This document shows, piece by piece, positions 40,495 to 50,499 of a DNA stretch of 64,000 bases. Both the position numbers and the translations under genes were made by a program. The stretch spans positions 201-64,200 of the forward strand of contig JBFELU010000006.1 in assembly GCA_041551965.1 (NCBI GenBank). Reading direction: 5' to 3'. Below the pieces are notes generated by a model that was not told the DNA's origin, searched no databases, and worked only from the letters and a program-made list of their open reading frames with translations. Position 1 is the stretch's first letter, and each line of letters starts with the position of its first letter. This DNA is from Acidimicrobiia bacterium. Lineage in GTDB: Bacteria > Actinomycetota > Acidimicrobiia > Spongiisociales > UBA11373.

Positions 40495-41016
40495 ATGCCG
40501 GTACATCGGGTTCGCAGGGTCATCCGCAAGATCGACCCGTGGACGGTGCTCAAGGTGTCGCTCGTCTTCAACGCGATCATGGCGTTGGTGTTCGTGCTGG
40601 GCACCGTCATCTTCTGGTCGGTGTTCGTCAACGCCGGCATCCCCGACCGCATCAACGAACTGGCCCTGCTGGTGGGTCTCGAGAACGGCATCACGCTCGA
40701 CGGGCCGGTCTATTTCCGCATGGTCGTGCTGCTGGCCGTGATCGGCACGATCCTGATGACGGGCTTCTTCACGCTCGGTGCGGTGATCTACAACCTCATC
40801 TCGGATCTGGTGGGCGGCATCGAGGTGGTGGTGTTGGAGGAGACCACGATGCCCAGGGTGAACCGTCCCGGTGCGTCACTGCCGGCCGCCAAGACCCCGG
40901 GGAGTCCAAGCAGGGTCAGGCCTCTTCCGACCGTGAAGCCGATGGTCCGGGCAACCAGTGCCAAGCGCCCCGGCGAGTCCACGGGGGAGACCGCAGTCGA
41001 ACAGACCGGCAGCTAG
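40495..41016 (+). CDS. DUF3566 membrane protein
   Basis: IDPWTVLKVS...IYNLISDLVGGIEV; canonical neighbour of gyrA. Confidence 0.9.
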   Translation: MPVHRVRRVIRKIDPWTVLKVSLVFNAIMALVFVLGTVIFWSVFVNAGIPDRINELALLVGLENGITLDGPVYFRMVVLLAVIGTILMTGFFTLGAVIYNLISDLVGGIEVVVLEETTMPRVNRPGASLPAAKTPGSPSRVRPLPTVKPMVRATSAKRPGESTGETAVEQTGS

Positions 41017-41765
41017 CCGGTCACCGAGTAGCTGGCCACTCCGAGCCCCACCCGCAAGGCCGCGGCCAGGTAGTGACGAGGTGCGGCCTCCGGCTCCGCA
41101 ACCCCGTTGGGGTAATGGCCGGCGGCCACGGCCAGGGCGCCGGCGGCGAGCGCAATCGCCGCCAGATGCGGCCCGTGGTCGGCGACCCCCAGAACGACTT
41201 CGGATCTTTCGGTGGTGATGCGCGCCAGAGCCCCTGCCCACGGTGGCGGTGCGGGGGCGACGAGACGGGTGACGGGTTCGCCCCGGCGGGTGCGGCGATA
41301 CTTGTGTGCCCAGCGGGGGCCGACGGGGTCGGGAAACGGAACGGCGGTGCCGCGGCGGAGGGGACGGCCTTCCGAAGTCCAGGCGACGACCACCGCCGAC
41401 GGTGTCGTGAAGCGGGTCCGCTCGTGGGCGGCGAGGGTTGCGGCGATCCCCATCCCGAGGTCGGCCGGCGCCAGCAGGGTCTTCCCCGCAGCGGAGAAGC
41501 GGCGCCCGAGCGACCGGCCTCGAGGCCGATGGACTGTGACGCAGTGCAGACGGGACTCGGCTGCGAGCATCGCCATCGAACCGGGTGAGGGGTCGTCGGT
41601 CACGAGCACGTCGAAGCCGTCGAGGGTGTCGATTGCCATCGTGCGGCGGTCCTCGGTCTTCCCCGTTTGACCGTAGAGGCCGAGGGCGGTGAGGCCCGAT
41701 TCGGCGAGCAGGATCCGCCCCGCCCGTGTTCCGATCTCACCGGTGGTGTGGAGGGCGATCCGCAC
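41013..41765 (-). CDS. Hypothetical protein with a degenerate Rossmann-like N-terminus
   Basis: MRIALHTTGEIGTRAGRILL start; plausible ORF; function unknown. Confidence 0.6.
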   Translation of the reverse strand: MRIALHTTGEIGTRAGRILLAESGLTALGLYGQTGKTEDRRTMAIDTLDGFDVLVTDDPSPGSMAMLAAESRLHCVTVHRPRGRSLGRRFSAAGKTLLAPADLGMGIAATLAAHERTRFTTPSAVVVAWTSEGRPLRRGTAVPFPDPVGPRWAHKYRRTRRGEPVTRLVAPAPPPWAGALARITTERSEVVLGVADHGPHLAAIALAAGALAVAAGHYPNGVAEPEAAPRHYLAAALRVGLGVASYSVTG

Positions 41766-41767
41766 GA

Positions 41768-41890
41768 TCAGTCGATCGGTCGCCAGGAGCCGTCGCGATC
41801 GGGAGTCGGTACCGGCCGCCGGCGCAGCAGCATCATCCCGGTGAGTAGTGCAGCGACGGCGGCGACGATACGTCGCAGCGGTGGGGTCAT
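41768..41890 (-). CDS. Putative 40-aa small membrane protein
   Basis: MTPPLRRIVAAVAALLTGMMLLRRRPVPTPDRDGSWRPID; its stop is 2 nt before the next GTG. Confidence 0.5.
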   Translation of the reverse strand: MTPPLRRIVAAVAALLTGMMLLRRRPVPTPDRDGSWRPID

Positions 41891-41932
41891 GGTGCCATCC
41901 TAGGACGGGCCTCCAGGGGTCTATCATGGGAA

Positions 41933-42067
41933 GGCCCGGTGCTCTGGGCCGGGTGGCTCGGCGGTTCCCAGCCGAGGGAGGCAAGAGCGAAGCCGGTTCG
42001 AATCCGGCGCTGTCCCGCAACTGTGAAGCCCCTACGGGGGACGAGCCAGGTCGCCTGCCGTCGGGCC
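41933..42067 (+). ncRNA. Cobalamin riboswitch (compact, class-II-like)
   Basis: AAGAGCGAAGCCGGTTCGAATCCGGCGCTGTCCCGCAACTGTGA ... GAGCCAGGTCGCCTGCC; closing stem GGCCCGG/TCGGGCC; TATCAT -10 just upstream; precedes btuFCD. Confidence 0.92.
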
Positions 42068-42140
42068 GGAAGGACGCTCTCGGAGGAAGGGTGGCCGCTC
42101 CGGCGGAGGGCCCCTCCTCCCCGACACAGAGAGGGGTCTC

Positions 42141-43052
42141 ATGACCCGCCGCATCCCTTGGATGCTCCTGGCATTGTCGTTCATTGCCGCCGCATGCGGA
42201 GGCGACGGAGGAACCGACACCACCGCAACCGCACCCGATTTCCCCATGACGGTCATGGGCGTGGAGCTTCCGGACCGTCCCGAGCGGATCGTCTCGGCCT
42301 CCGCGTCTCACACCGAGATGCTCTACGCGATCGGTGCGGGCCAGAGGATCGTGGCCACCGACCTCTTCAGCGACTATCCGCCGGAGGCGAGCTCCACGGA
42401 GAAGATCGATGCCTTCAACATCAACGTCGAGGCGGTGGCGGCCTTGGATCCGGACCTGGTGGTCCTGGGATTCGATCCGGGCGATGTCGCTGCCGGCCTC
42501 GCCACACTCGGCATCCCGGTCCTCCTGTTCGATGCCCCGGCCTCGCTCGACGACGTCTGGGCACAGCTGGAGGCCCTGGGCGCGGCCACGGGGCAGGTCG
42601 ATGAAGCGGCGGCACTGACGGCCGAGATGCAGGGCTCGATCGATCGGGTGATCGGCTCCGTGCCGGCCGGCGGTGCGTCACCGACCTACTACCACGAACT
42701 CGACCCGACCTACTTCACCATCACGTCGGAGACCTTCCTCGGGCAGTTGTATGGGATGTTGGGTCTGCGCAGCATCGCCGACGAGACGAGCGACGCGGGT
42801 TTCGGATATCCGCAACTGAACGCCGAGTTCATCATCGAAGCAGACCCCGATTTCGTCTTCTTGGCCGACACGCTCTGTTGCAGTGCGACGGCAGAGTCGC
42901 TGGCGGCGCGTCCCGGATGGGATGCGCTGAGCGCGGTGTCGGCGGGGCGCGTCGTCGAGCTCGACGACTCGGTCGCCTCGCGATGGGGGCCGAGGATCGT
43001 CGAGTTCCTCGAGACGGTGGCGGCCGCCGTGGCAGAGGGCGGCGCCGGGTGA
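42141..43052 (+). CDS. btuF: Cobalamin ABC transporter substrate-binding lipoprotein
   Basis: Lipobox IAAAC, PERIVS, VEAVAALDPDLV, SRWGPRI; under riboswitch control. Confidence 0.85.
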   Translation: MTRRIPWMLLALSFIAAACGGDGGTDTTATAPDFPMTVMGVELPDRPERIVSASASHTEMLYAIGAGQRIVATDLFSDYPPEASSTEKIDAFNINVEAVAALDPDLVVLGFDPGDVAAGLATLGIPVLLFDAPASLDDVWAQLEALGAATGQVDEAAALTAEMQGSIDRVIGSVPAGGASPTYYHELDPTYFTITSETFLGQLYGMLGLRSIADETSDAGFGYPQLNAEFIIEADPDFVFLADTLCCSATAESLAARPGWDALSAVSAGRVVELDDSVASRWGPRIVEFLETVAAAVAEGGAG

Positions 43053-44077
43053 CGGGGCGAACCCGTTACGTCGGGCCGGGCCGCTTGGCCCTCATGATGG
43101 GGGTCTTGCTCGGTGCCGTGGTGGCGGGCCTACTGGTCGGGCCGGTATCACTCAATCCACTTCGCGTGATCGCCGAGATCGTCGATCGGCTCCCCTTCGT
43201 CGCCGTCGACAGCGGCTTGACGGATCGCGAGGCGGCCATCGTGTGGGATCTGAGGCTGCCTCGGGTCGTGCTGGGGGCGATCGTCGGTGCCGTGCTCTCG
43301 GTTGCCGGCGGTGCGTATCAAGGAGTGTTTCGCAATCCGCTGGCCGACCCGTACCTCCTGGGCGTGGCGGCGGGGGCCGGGCTCGGTGCCACCTTGGCGA
43401 TCGTGGGGGGCCAGTCGACGGGCGGGTTGGTGCCACTGGCGGCCTTCATCGGGGCCGTGGCGGCGGTGACTGCCGCCTACGGCCTGGGAAGCGTCGGGGG
43501 GAGGACGGGATCGTCACTCATCCTGGCCGGAGTGGCCGTGGCCGCCTTCTTCACGGCGGCGCAGACCTACGTCCAGCAGCGCAATGCCGACACCATCCGG
43601 GAGGTCTTCGCCTGGATCCTGGGGAGACTGGGAACGGCGGGATGGCACGAGGTGAGGCTCGTCCTTCCCTATGCGGTGGTATCGGTGGTCGTGATCTTGC
43701 TGCACCGAAGGCTGCTCGACGTGCTGTCGGTCGGTGAGGACGAGGCCGGAACGCTGGGCGTCGATCCCGCCCGGGTACGGCTGACGGTGGTCTTGGCCGC
43801 CACCCTGGGAACTGCAGCGGTGGTTGCGGTGAGCGGCCTCATCGGCTTCGTCGGGATCATCGTCCCGCACACGATTCGCCTCATGTTCGGCGGCAGCTAC
43901 CGGTCGATCCTTCCGTTCGCCGTGATCGGCGGGGCGGCCTTTCTCGTCCTCGCCGATCTGGCCGCCCGCACCGTGCTGTCGCCCGCCGAGGTGCCCATCG
44001 GGGTGGTCACGGCCTTCCTCGGTGCCCCGTTCTTCGGTGTCGTGCTCCGGACCGCGGTCCGGAGGAGGACCGCATGA
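43049..44077 (+). CDS. btuC: Cobalamin ABC transporter permease (FecCD family)
   Basis: LRLPRV, FRNPLADPYLLG, GLIGFVGIIVPH, PIGVVTAFLGAPFF. Confidence 0.88.
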   Translation: MTGRTRYVGPGRLALMMGVLLGAVVAGLLVGPVSLNPLRVIAEIVDRLPFVAVDSGLTDREAAIVWDLRLPRVVLGAIVGAVLSVAGGAYQGVFRNPLADPYLLGVAAGAGLGATLAIVGGQSTGGLVPLAAFIGAVAAVTAAYGLGSVGGRTGSSLILAGVAVAAFFTAAQTYVQQRNADTIREVFAWILGRLGTAGWHEVRLVLPYAVVSVVVILLHRRLLDVLSVGEDEAGTLGVDPARVRLTVVLAATLGTAAVVAVSGLIGFVGIIVPHTIRLMFGGSYRSILPFAVIGGAAFLVLADLAARTVLSPAEVPIGVVTAFLGAPFFGVVLRTAVRRRTA

Positions 44078-44853
44078 GTGGCATCACGGCGTCGGGGGTC
44101 ACGGTGGCGTACAACGGCCGGGCGGTCCTCGACGGCGTCGACCTCCAGGTGGCGGCCGGTGAGTGGGTGGCCGTCATCGGGCCAAACGGAGCCGGCAAGA
44201 CGACGTTGTTGCGGGCGGTATCCGGAGCGCTGCCCTTCGGGGGCTCGGTGTTGGTCGGCGACGTCCCGATCGGCTCGATGTCTCGACGGGAGGCGTCCCG
44301 GTCGATCGCCGTGGTGCCCCAGCATTCGGTGATCCCCAACGGGATCACCGCACTCGATTACGTCCTGCTCGGCCGGACTCCCTATATCGGTTACTGGGAC
44401 ATGGAAGAGGTCGAGGACGTGCGCATCGCTCTCTCGGCACTGGAGAGGCTGGATTGCGAGGGCCTCGGCCATCGGCAGGTGGGAAGGCTGTCGGGCGGAG
44501 AACGGCAACGCGTCGTGCTGGCGCGGGCCCTCGCACAGGACGCCGACATCCTCCTGTTGGACGAGCCGACCACGTCGCTCGACATCGGGCACCAGCAACA
44601 GGTGCTCGATCTCGTCGATGGTCTCCGTCATGAGCGTTCGATCACCGTCTTGGCGGCGTTCCACGACTTGACGCTGGCGGCCCAGTACGCCGATCGCATG
44701 GCGCTCCTGGACGGGGGGGTGATCGTGGCCGACGGACCACCGGCGGAGGTGCTCACCGCCGACGTCCTATCGCGGTTCTCAGGGGCGAGGGTCACGGTGA
44801 TGCGGAGCCCGGACGGTGATCCGATCGTCGTGCCGCGTCGGGATCAGGCGTAG
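44074..44853 (+). CDS. btuD: Cobalamin ABC transporter ATP-binding protein
   Basis: GPNGAGKTT, LSGGERQR, LDEPTTSLD, HDL. Confidence 0.88.
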   Translation: MSGITASGVTVAYNGRAVLDGVDLQVAAGEWVAVIGPNGAGKTTLLRAVSGALPFGGSVLVGDVPIGSMSRREASRSIAVVPQHSVIPNGITALDYVLLGRTPYIGYWDMEEVEDVRIALSALERLDCEGLGHRQVGRLSGGERQRVVLARALAQDADILLLDEPTTSLDIGHQQQVLDLVDGLRHERSITVLAAFHDLTLAAQYADRMALLDGGVIVADGPPAEVLTADVLSRFSGARVTVMRSPDGDPIVVPRRDQA

Positions 44854-45572
44854 GTGTTGTAGAGGGAGCCGATGGCGTAGGAGACCGCGGCGCCGCCGGC
44901 GGCGACCGCGACGTTCTCGAGGCCCGCCGTGATCGGGTTCGTGTGGGTGGTGACGGTCTTGACCGCCCCCACCACGAAGAGGGCGATGCCGCTGCCGATC
45001 GCCGCCAGCAAGAGACCAATGCCGGTGTTCGAGATGAAGGCGAACGGGAGCACCGAGGGTAGGGATCCGGCGAGAAACAGCAGCCCCGACATGACCATGG
45101 CGGTGATGGGGGATCGCCGTTCGGCGTCGATGACCCCGAACTCCAGGGCCATCATCACCTTCAGGAAGGCCTCGTCGTCGGCATCGAGAATGGTGACGAT
45201 CCGCTCGATCTCGTCATCGGGGAAACCCAGGTCGCCGAACATCTCCCTGATCTCGTCGCGCTCGACGTGGCGATGGAAGCGGAGGTGTTCTCGCTCCAGT
45301 TCCATCTCCTTGTCGAAGACCTCCTCCTGGGACTTGGTGGCCATGTACTCGCCGGCGGCCATGGACACGGCTCCGGCTACCGAAGCCGCCAGGGCAGCCA
45401 GTAGCACCTCCCGGTTGGCGAGGCCTCCGCCGACCACCCCCACGACGAGCAGGAAGATCGAGACCAGCCCGTCGTTGACCCCGAGGATGATGTCGCGGAT
45501 GTACTGGCGCGCCGGACCGGTGTGTTCGCGGTAGGGAGGGATCTCGACGGCGGTGTCGTCGGGAGTTGCCAT
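44844..45572 (-). CDS. VIT1/CCC1 family Fe/Mn transporter
   Basis: RDIILGVNDGLVS, AGAVSMAAGEY, SQEE...E.ERE. Confidence 0.9.
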   Translation of the reverse strand: MATPDDTAVEIPPYREHTGPARQYIRDIILGVNDGLVSIFLLVVGVVGGGLANREVLLAALAASVAGAVSMAAGEYMATKSQEEVFDKEMELEREHLRFHRHVERDEIREMFGDLGFPDDEIERIVTILDADDEAFLKVMMALEFGVIDAERRSPITAMVMSGLLFLAGSLPSVLPFAFISNTGIGLLLAAIGSGIALFVVGAVKTVTTHTNPITAGLENVAVAAGGAAVSYAIGSLYNTYA

Positions 45573-45667
45573 CGGGAGGAAGTGTATTCGCCGGAGGTGG
45601 GGCTCCCGCCTCCGGCGAGGCCGGGAACCGATGGGTAGCCTCGCGGGGAGCGTTCGACGGAGGATCG

Positions 45668-46510
45668 GTGGCTGAGGAGATCACGAAGGACGCGCCGGCC
45701 GGTGAGATGAAGGCGAACCGCAACAGCCGGGGCAAGCTGAAGCGCAGGTACTACGAGGACGAGCTGGCCAAGCTACAGATCGAGTTGGCCAAGCTGCAGT
45801 CGTGGATTCGCCAGAGGGGCCTCAAGGTCGTGGTGATCTTCGAGGGCAGGGACGCCGCCGGAAAGGGCGGGGTGATCAAGCGGATCGCAGAACGGCTCAA
45901 CCCACGGGTCTGCCGGATCGAGGCGCTGGGGACCCCGACCGAGCGAGAGCAGACCCAGTGGTACTTCCAGCGTTACGTGGAGAGGCTTCCGGCCGCCGGG
46001 GAGATGGTGCTGTTCGACCGCAGTTGGTACAACCGGGCCGGTGTCGAGCGGGTCATGGGGTTCTGCGACGACGAGGATTACTGGGAGTTCCTCCGGTCGT
46101 GTCCCGAGTTCGAGAGGATGCTCGTTCGTTCCGGGATCATCCTGGTCAAGTACTGGTTCTCGGTGGGCCTCGAGGAGCAGGAACGGCGCTTCCAGGCGCG
46201 CATGAAGGATCCCAAGAAGAGGTGGAAGCTCAGCGACATGGATCTGGAGTCGCGCATGCGGTGGCAGGAGTACTCCAAGGCGAAGGACGAGATGCTCGCC
46301 CACACCGACATCAAGCAGGCGCCCTGGTACGTGGTTCCCGCCGACGACAAGCGAGCCGCTCGTCTGAACTGCATCGCTCATCTCTTGACGCGCATCCCCT
46401 ACGAGGACCTCACCCGGAAGATGGCCTCACTGCCGGAGCGTCCGGAGGAGCGTCGCGGCTACGTCCGGCCTCCGATGGAGGACCAGACGTTCATCGAGGA
46501 GCGCTTCTAG
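45668..46510 (+). CDS. ppk2: Polyphosphate kinase 2
   Basis: FEGRDAAGKGG, WYFQRY, FDRSWYNRAGVERVMGFC, RWKLS. Confidence 0.95.
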   Translation: MAEEITKDAPAGEMKANRNSRGKLKRRYYEDELAKLQIELAKLQSWIRQRGLKVVVIFEGRDAAGKGGVIKRIAERLNPRVCRIEALGTPTEREQTQWYFQRYVERLPAAGEMVLFDRSWYNRAGVERVMGFCDDEDYWEFLRSCPEFERMLVRSGIILVKYWFSVGLEEQERRFQARMKDPKKRWKLSDMDLESRMRWQEYSKAKDEMLAHTDIKQAPWYVVPADDKRAARLNCIAHLLTRIPYEDLTRKMASLPERPEERRGYVRPPMEDQTFIEERF

Positions 46511-47979
46511 CTCCGGCTGGTGCGCTCGTTGAGTTCGCGGATGCGTCGTGCCAGTTCGTCCGTCAACGCGTCGCGGCGGAACCGCCAGCGCCAGTTGCCC
46601 CCGAGTGTGGCCGGGGTGTTCATCCGGGCGGTGGTGTCGAGCCTCAGGAAATCCTGGAGAGGGGCCACGGCCAGCCGTGCCCGAGAGGCCCAGGCCGCCT
46701 CGATCATGGCATCGACGATCAGGGGGCCGCGAGCACCCAGGTAGCGGCGCGCCCGGCGCCGCTCGGCGACGGAGGCCGACCGGTACCACCCCAGGGTGGT
46801 GTCGTTGTCGTGGGTCCCGGTGTAGACGATGCAGTGCTCGGGGTAGTGCTCGGGGAGGAAATCGTTGTCGGGGTCGCCGTCGAAGGCGAACTGGAGGATC
46901 TTCATCCCCGGCAGATCGAGTTCGTCGCGTAGCGCCGGGACCTCGGGATGGAGCTCACCGAGGTCCTCGGCGATGATGGGAAGGCCGCCGAGCGCGGTGG
47001 CGACGGCATCGAACAACGGCCGTCCCGGTCCGTTCACCCATCGCCCCGTCTCGGCCGTGGGGGATCCGGCCGGGATCTCCCAGTAGTCGACGAACCCGCG
47101 GAAATGGTCGATGCGAACCACGTCGACGATCCGGTGGGCCGTCCGGAGGCGTTCGATCCACCAGGAGTAGCCGTCGGCGGCGTGTGCGTCCCAGTCGTAC
47201 AGCGGGTTGCCCCACAGCTGACCGGTTTCCGAGAAGTAGTCCGGGGGGACGCCGGCCACCACGGTCGGGCGCCGCTGTTCGTCGAGCATGAAGAGGTCGG
47301 GTCGCGCCCACACGTCGACGCTGTCGAGGGCAACAAAGATCGGGATGTCCCCGATGATGCGGATCCCGGCGTCGCGGGCCCGCTCCCGGAGGAGTTCCCA
47401 CTGACGGAAGAAGAGGAACTGGGTGAAGGCATGGCGGTCGGCGGCTTCGGCGTGTTCCCGCCGATCGACCGTTGCGGGATCGGCGAGCCGGAGCTCTCGG
47501 GGCCATTCCCACCACGGTCCGGCTCCGTTGGCCTCCTTCAGGGCCATGAAGAGCGCATAGTCCTCGACCCACGAGTGCCGGGTGAGGAAGGCTTCGTAGT
47601 CACCCCGGAGATGATGCTCTCGCGAGGCGAGGTGAGCCTCCGCGAGGAGACCTCGTTTCCACGGGATGACCGCTCCGTAGTCGACGGCGTCGTCGGGTGG
47701 GTTGGGCCGGTCGTCGAGGTGGGCGGCCGCGATGAGTCCATCCTCGACGAGCAGTTCGGGGGAGATCAGGTTCGGATTCCCGGCGTGCGCCGAGAAGCTC
47801 TGATAGGGAGAGTCGCCGTACCCGGTCGGACCGATCGGCAGGATCTGCCAATAGCGGCATCCCGAGCGAGCCAACCAATCCAACCATCGATGGGCTTGCG
47901 GCCCGAGATCGCCGACACCAAAGACACCCGGCAGGGACGTCGGGTGGAGCAGGATGCCGGAGGCGCGATCGGGGATCAT
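46507..47979 (-). CDS. malQ: 4-alpha-glucanotransferase (amylomaltase, GH77)
   Basis: GILLHPTSLP, GVPPDYFSETGQLWGNP, RIDHFRG, AEDLG, YTGTHDNDT. Confidence 0.96.
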   Translation of the reverse strand: MIPDRASGILLHPTSLPGVFGVGDLGPQAHRWLDWLARSGCRYWQILPIGPTGYGDSPYQSFSAHAGNPNLISPELLVEDGLIAAAHLDDRPNPPDDAVDYGAVIPWKRGLLAEAHLASREHHLRGDYEAFLTRHSWVEDYALFMALKEANGAGPWWEWPRELRLADPATVDRREHAEAADRHAFTQFLFFRQWELLRERARDAGIRIIGDIPIFVALDSVDVWARPDLFMLDEQRRPTVVAGVPPDYFSETGQLWGNPLYDWDAHAADGYSWWIERLRTAHRIVDVVRIDHFRGFVDYWEIPAGSPTAETGRWVNGPGRPLFDAVATALGGLPIIAEDLGELHPEVPALRDELDLPGMKILQFAFDGDPDNDFLPEHYPEHCIVYTGTHDNDTTLGWYRSASVAERRRARRYLGARGPLIVDAMIEAAWASRARLAVAPLQDFLRLDTTARMNTPATLGGNWRWRFRRDALTDELARRIRELNERTSRS

Positions 47980-48026
47980 CGGGCAGGGTCATGTTACGGC
48001 CGATAACCTCGGCGACGGAGGTCGTG

Positions 48027-48791
48027 ATGGCCGTTCGGACAACCCGTGTGTATCGGGCCGATCGGGTGGAGCCATTGCGATGGGTGCTCTCGATCGATGG
48101 TGAGCCGCAATCCGATCACCGGTCCTATCGAGCGGCGGTGCAGCACGCCCGCGCGTTGGAACGAAGGTTCAGGACGAAGGGGGCGTTGCTCCGAAACATG
48201 AGCATCTTGGTCGTGTGTCTCGTTGCGCTGGCGCTGGTCGTCGAGTTCCGGCATGTCGCCAACCCGGACCGCGAACCGGCACGGGCGTTCGTGGAGCGCA
48301 TGGAGGGTCTTGCCCGGGCCGCGGTGTCGGGTTCTGTGGTGGAGCCCGGCGACGGCATCCGGGCGGCGCCGTTTCTCCTGGAGGTGGGCACGGAGGGGAC
48401 TCAGGAGGTCTGGGTGGTCACCGGCGAATTCGACGAGGACTGCTACCTGATTCGCTGGCGGCCGGGAGAGGCCCCCTTCGTGGCCGTCCTGGCGCCGCGC
48501 CTTCCGTGCGAACCGGGTCCGGCGGCGTTGTCCTCGGCGCTCGATGCCTACGAACGGGTGGCGGTGCAGTTGTTCGACGATCGCCCGATCGACTGGGATC
48601 CGGTGCTGCCGGAGCCGGAGAACCTGGCGGTGTGGTTCTATCCGGTGGTGTTCGCGGCGGGCTTCGTGACGCTTCGCACTCTGGTGAGCCTGTCGATCAT
48701 CGCCATCCAGCGGGGGGTTCCCACCCCGGCGATCCCGGTGGAGCGGTGGGAGCCGGGTGATCAGCCGCAGAGATCGGCGACGAGTCGGTAG
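48027..48791 (+). CDS. Hypothetical membrane protein
   Basis: Two TM segments flanking an extracytoplasmic loop; no recognised motif. Confidence 0.55.
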   Translation: MAVRTTRVYRADRVEPLRWVLSIDGEPQSDHRSYRAAVQHARALERRFRTKGALLRNMSILVVCLVALALVVEFRHVANPDREPARAFVERMEGLARAAVSGSVVEPGDGIRAAPFLLEVGTEGTQEVWVVTGEFDEDCYLIRWRPGEAPFVAVLAPRLPCEPGPAALSSALDAYERVAVQLFDDRPIDWDPVLPEPENLAVWFYPVVFAAGFVTLRTLVSLSIIAIQRGVPTPAIPVERWEPGDQPQRSATSR

Positions 48792-49666
48792 GGATCGACC
48801 AGGCGATCGAGGCCGCCCCCGTGGGGCATCCAACCCAGATGGAGGTGGGGTGTGGTGGCGTTCCCGGTCATGCCCACCCAGCCGAGTACGTCGCCGGCAT
48901 CGACTACCTGTCCCGGCCCGACACCGGGGGCATACCCGGCGAGGTGGGCGTAGTAGTAGTCCTGGCCGGTGATCGTCCCATGCACGTAGATGCCCCAGCC
49001 GCCCGCCCAATGCCAGTCGGCCTGGGTGATGATGCCGCGCTCGATGGATACCAGGGGGGCGCCCCACTCGGCCATGAGATCGATGCCCTTGTGGGTTCGC
49101 CCCCAGGGCCGACCGTCGCCCCAATCGTGCTCGTAGCGGTGGCGCCCTTCGACCGGGCAGACCCTGCCGTGGAAGTCGAGGTCGAGTCCGAGGCGCTTCC
49201 CGACGGCGACTCGCAATCGACGGGCCTCCGTCACGGCATCTCGATGGAGCACCCATACCCCGAGGAGCCGGCGGAGTGAATCCTGGCGATCCGGCCCGGC
49301 TTCGAGTATCTGCTTCATGATGGCCGTCGATACGGCCCCTTCATCGACGCGATCGATGATGGGCAGCAACACGGCGTCGGCTCCCGCCCGAGCCTCGTCG
49401 AGGGCCGTCTCCAGGGAAGCCAGCCGCGCCTCGAGGATCGCGGCCCTGGTGCTGCTCACCGGCCACCGGTGCAGCCGGGCGGTGACTGTGATTTCGAGCC
49501 GGAGCCGGTCGGTGACGGCGGCCAAGGCATCGTCGGGAGCGGCTAATTCCCGAGCACCGACACCAGGAGTGGTAGTGAGCAGGCTCAGGGTGAGGACGGC
49601 GACGAGGAAGCGCCGGTGTGACCGCATTACCGCGGAGGGTAGTGGGGCTCGTCGCAGAGTCGTCAT
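48761..49666 (-). CDS. M23 family metalloendopeptidase, secreted
   Basis: HKGIDL, YYYAHL, GMTGNATTPHLH; signal-like N-terminus. Start uncertain. Confidence 0.85.
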   Translation of the reverse strand: MTTLRRAPLPSAVMRSHRRFLVAVLTLSLLTTTPGVGARELAAPDDALAAVTDRLRLEITVTARLHRWPVSSTRAAILEARLASLETALDEARAGADAVLLPIIDRVDEGAVSTAIMKQILEAGPDRQDSLRRLLGVWVLHRDAVTEARRLRVAVGKRLGLDLDFHGRVCPVEGRHRYEHDWGDGRPWGRTHKGIDLMAEWGAPLVSIERGIITQADWHWAGGWGIYVHGTITGQDYYYAHLAGYAPGVGPGQVVDAGDVLGWVGMTGNATTPHLHLGWMPHGGGLDRLVDPYRLVADLCG

Positions 49667-49686
49667 CAATGGAGCGGGCCGCCCCG

Positions 49687-50499
49687 TCAGGGTTTCGCGC
49701 GGGCTCGGAGGCGGGCCGCCAGGTCGGCGGCGGGGGCGATGGCATGGGTGCTGCGGATCGGGGTGATCGCAATGGCCCCCTCCATGGCAGCCTCGATATC
49801 GGTTCCCTGCAGCGTGTCTCGATGGTGGACGCCGCCGCCGAAGTCGTGCACGTAGGTCCCGGGCGACTCCTCGCGAAAGAGGCGGTCGTAGCCGATGTCG
49901 GCGATCGAGGTGACGCGCCGCTCGGTGTGCAGGTCGGCGTCGTCGGGGATGTTGATGCTCACCGGCACGGCGGGATCGGGATCGAGCAGCAGCGACTGCG
50001 TGAGGTCTGCGGCGACCACGGAGAGGCGCTCCCAAACGGGGCGCGACTCCGCGCTCTCGATCCGGGACCTCCACGGTCCCCAGGGCTCCTTGGAGCCGGT
50101 CGAGAACGCCACCGCGGCGACGCCGGCGATCGACGCCTCCAAAGCGGCCCCGACCGTCCCGCTCGATTGGAGGAAGGCCGATCCGTGGTTGTAGCCGATG
50201 TTGATCCCGGACACGACGAACGCCGGCGGTGACTCGAACAGGATGTGGACCCCCAACTGCACGCAATCGGCGGGGTAGCCGTCGACTGCGAGCATTGGAA
50301 GACCTTCACGTTCCACTGGGGTGACGGTGACCGGCTCGGTTCTCGTGATCGCTTTGGCGACCCAGCTTCGCTCACGGGAGGGAACGACCACCCGGATGGC
50401 GGAGACCTCGGAGAGAGCCACCGCCAGCGGGACGAGCCCGGGGGCATCGATGCCGTCGTCGTTGACGACCAGGATCCACGGGGAGGGCGGCGGTCTCAC
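49687..50499 (-). CDS. surE: 5'/3'-nucleotidase SurE
   Basis: ILVVNDDGI, DGYPADCV, VSGINIGYN, SGTVGAA. Confidence 0.92.
   Translation of the reverse strand: MRPPPSPWILVVNDDGIDAPGLVPLAVALSEVSAIRVVVPSRERSWVAKAITRTEPVTVTPVEREGLPMLAVDGYPADCVQLGVHILFESPPAFVVSGINIGYNHGSAFLQSSGTVGAALEASIAGVAAVAFSTGSKEPWGPWRSRIESAESRPVWERLSVVAADLTQSLLLDPDPAVPVSINIPDDADLHTERRVTSIADIGYDRLFREESPGTYVHDFGGGVHHRDTLQGTDIEAAMEGAIAITPIRSTHAIAPAADLAARLRARAKP

Noticed and set aside
41994-42008. CCGGTTCGAATCCGG, resembling a tRNA T-arm, near where tRNA-Ile is often found
   Set aside because: It is the T-loop hairpin of the cobalamin riboswitch; no cloverleaf or acceptor stem can be built.
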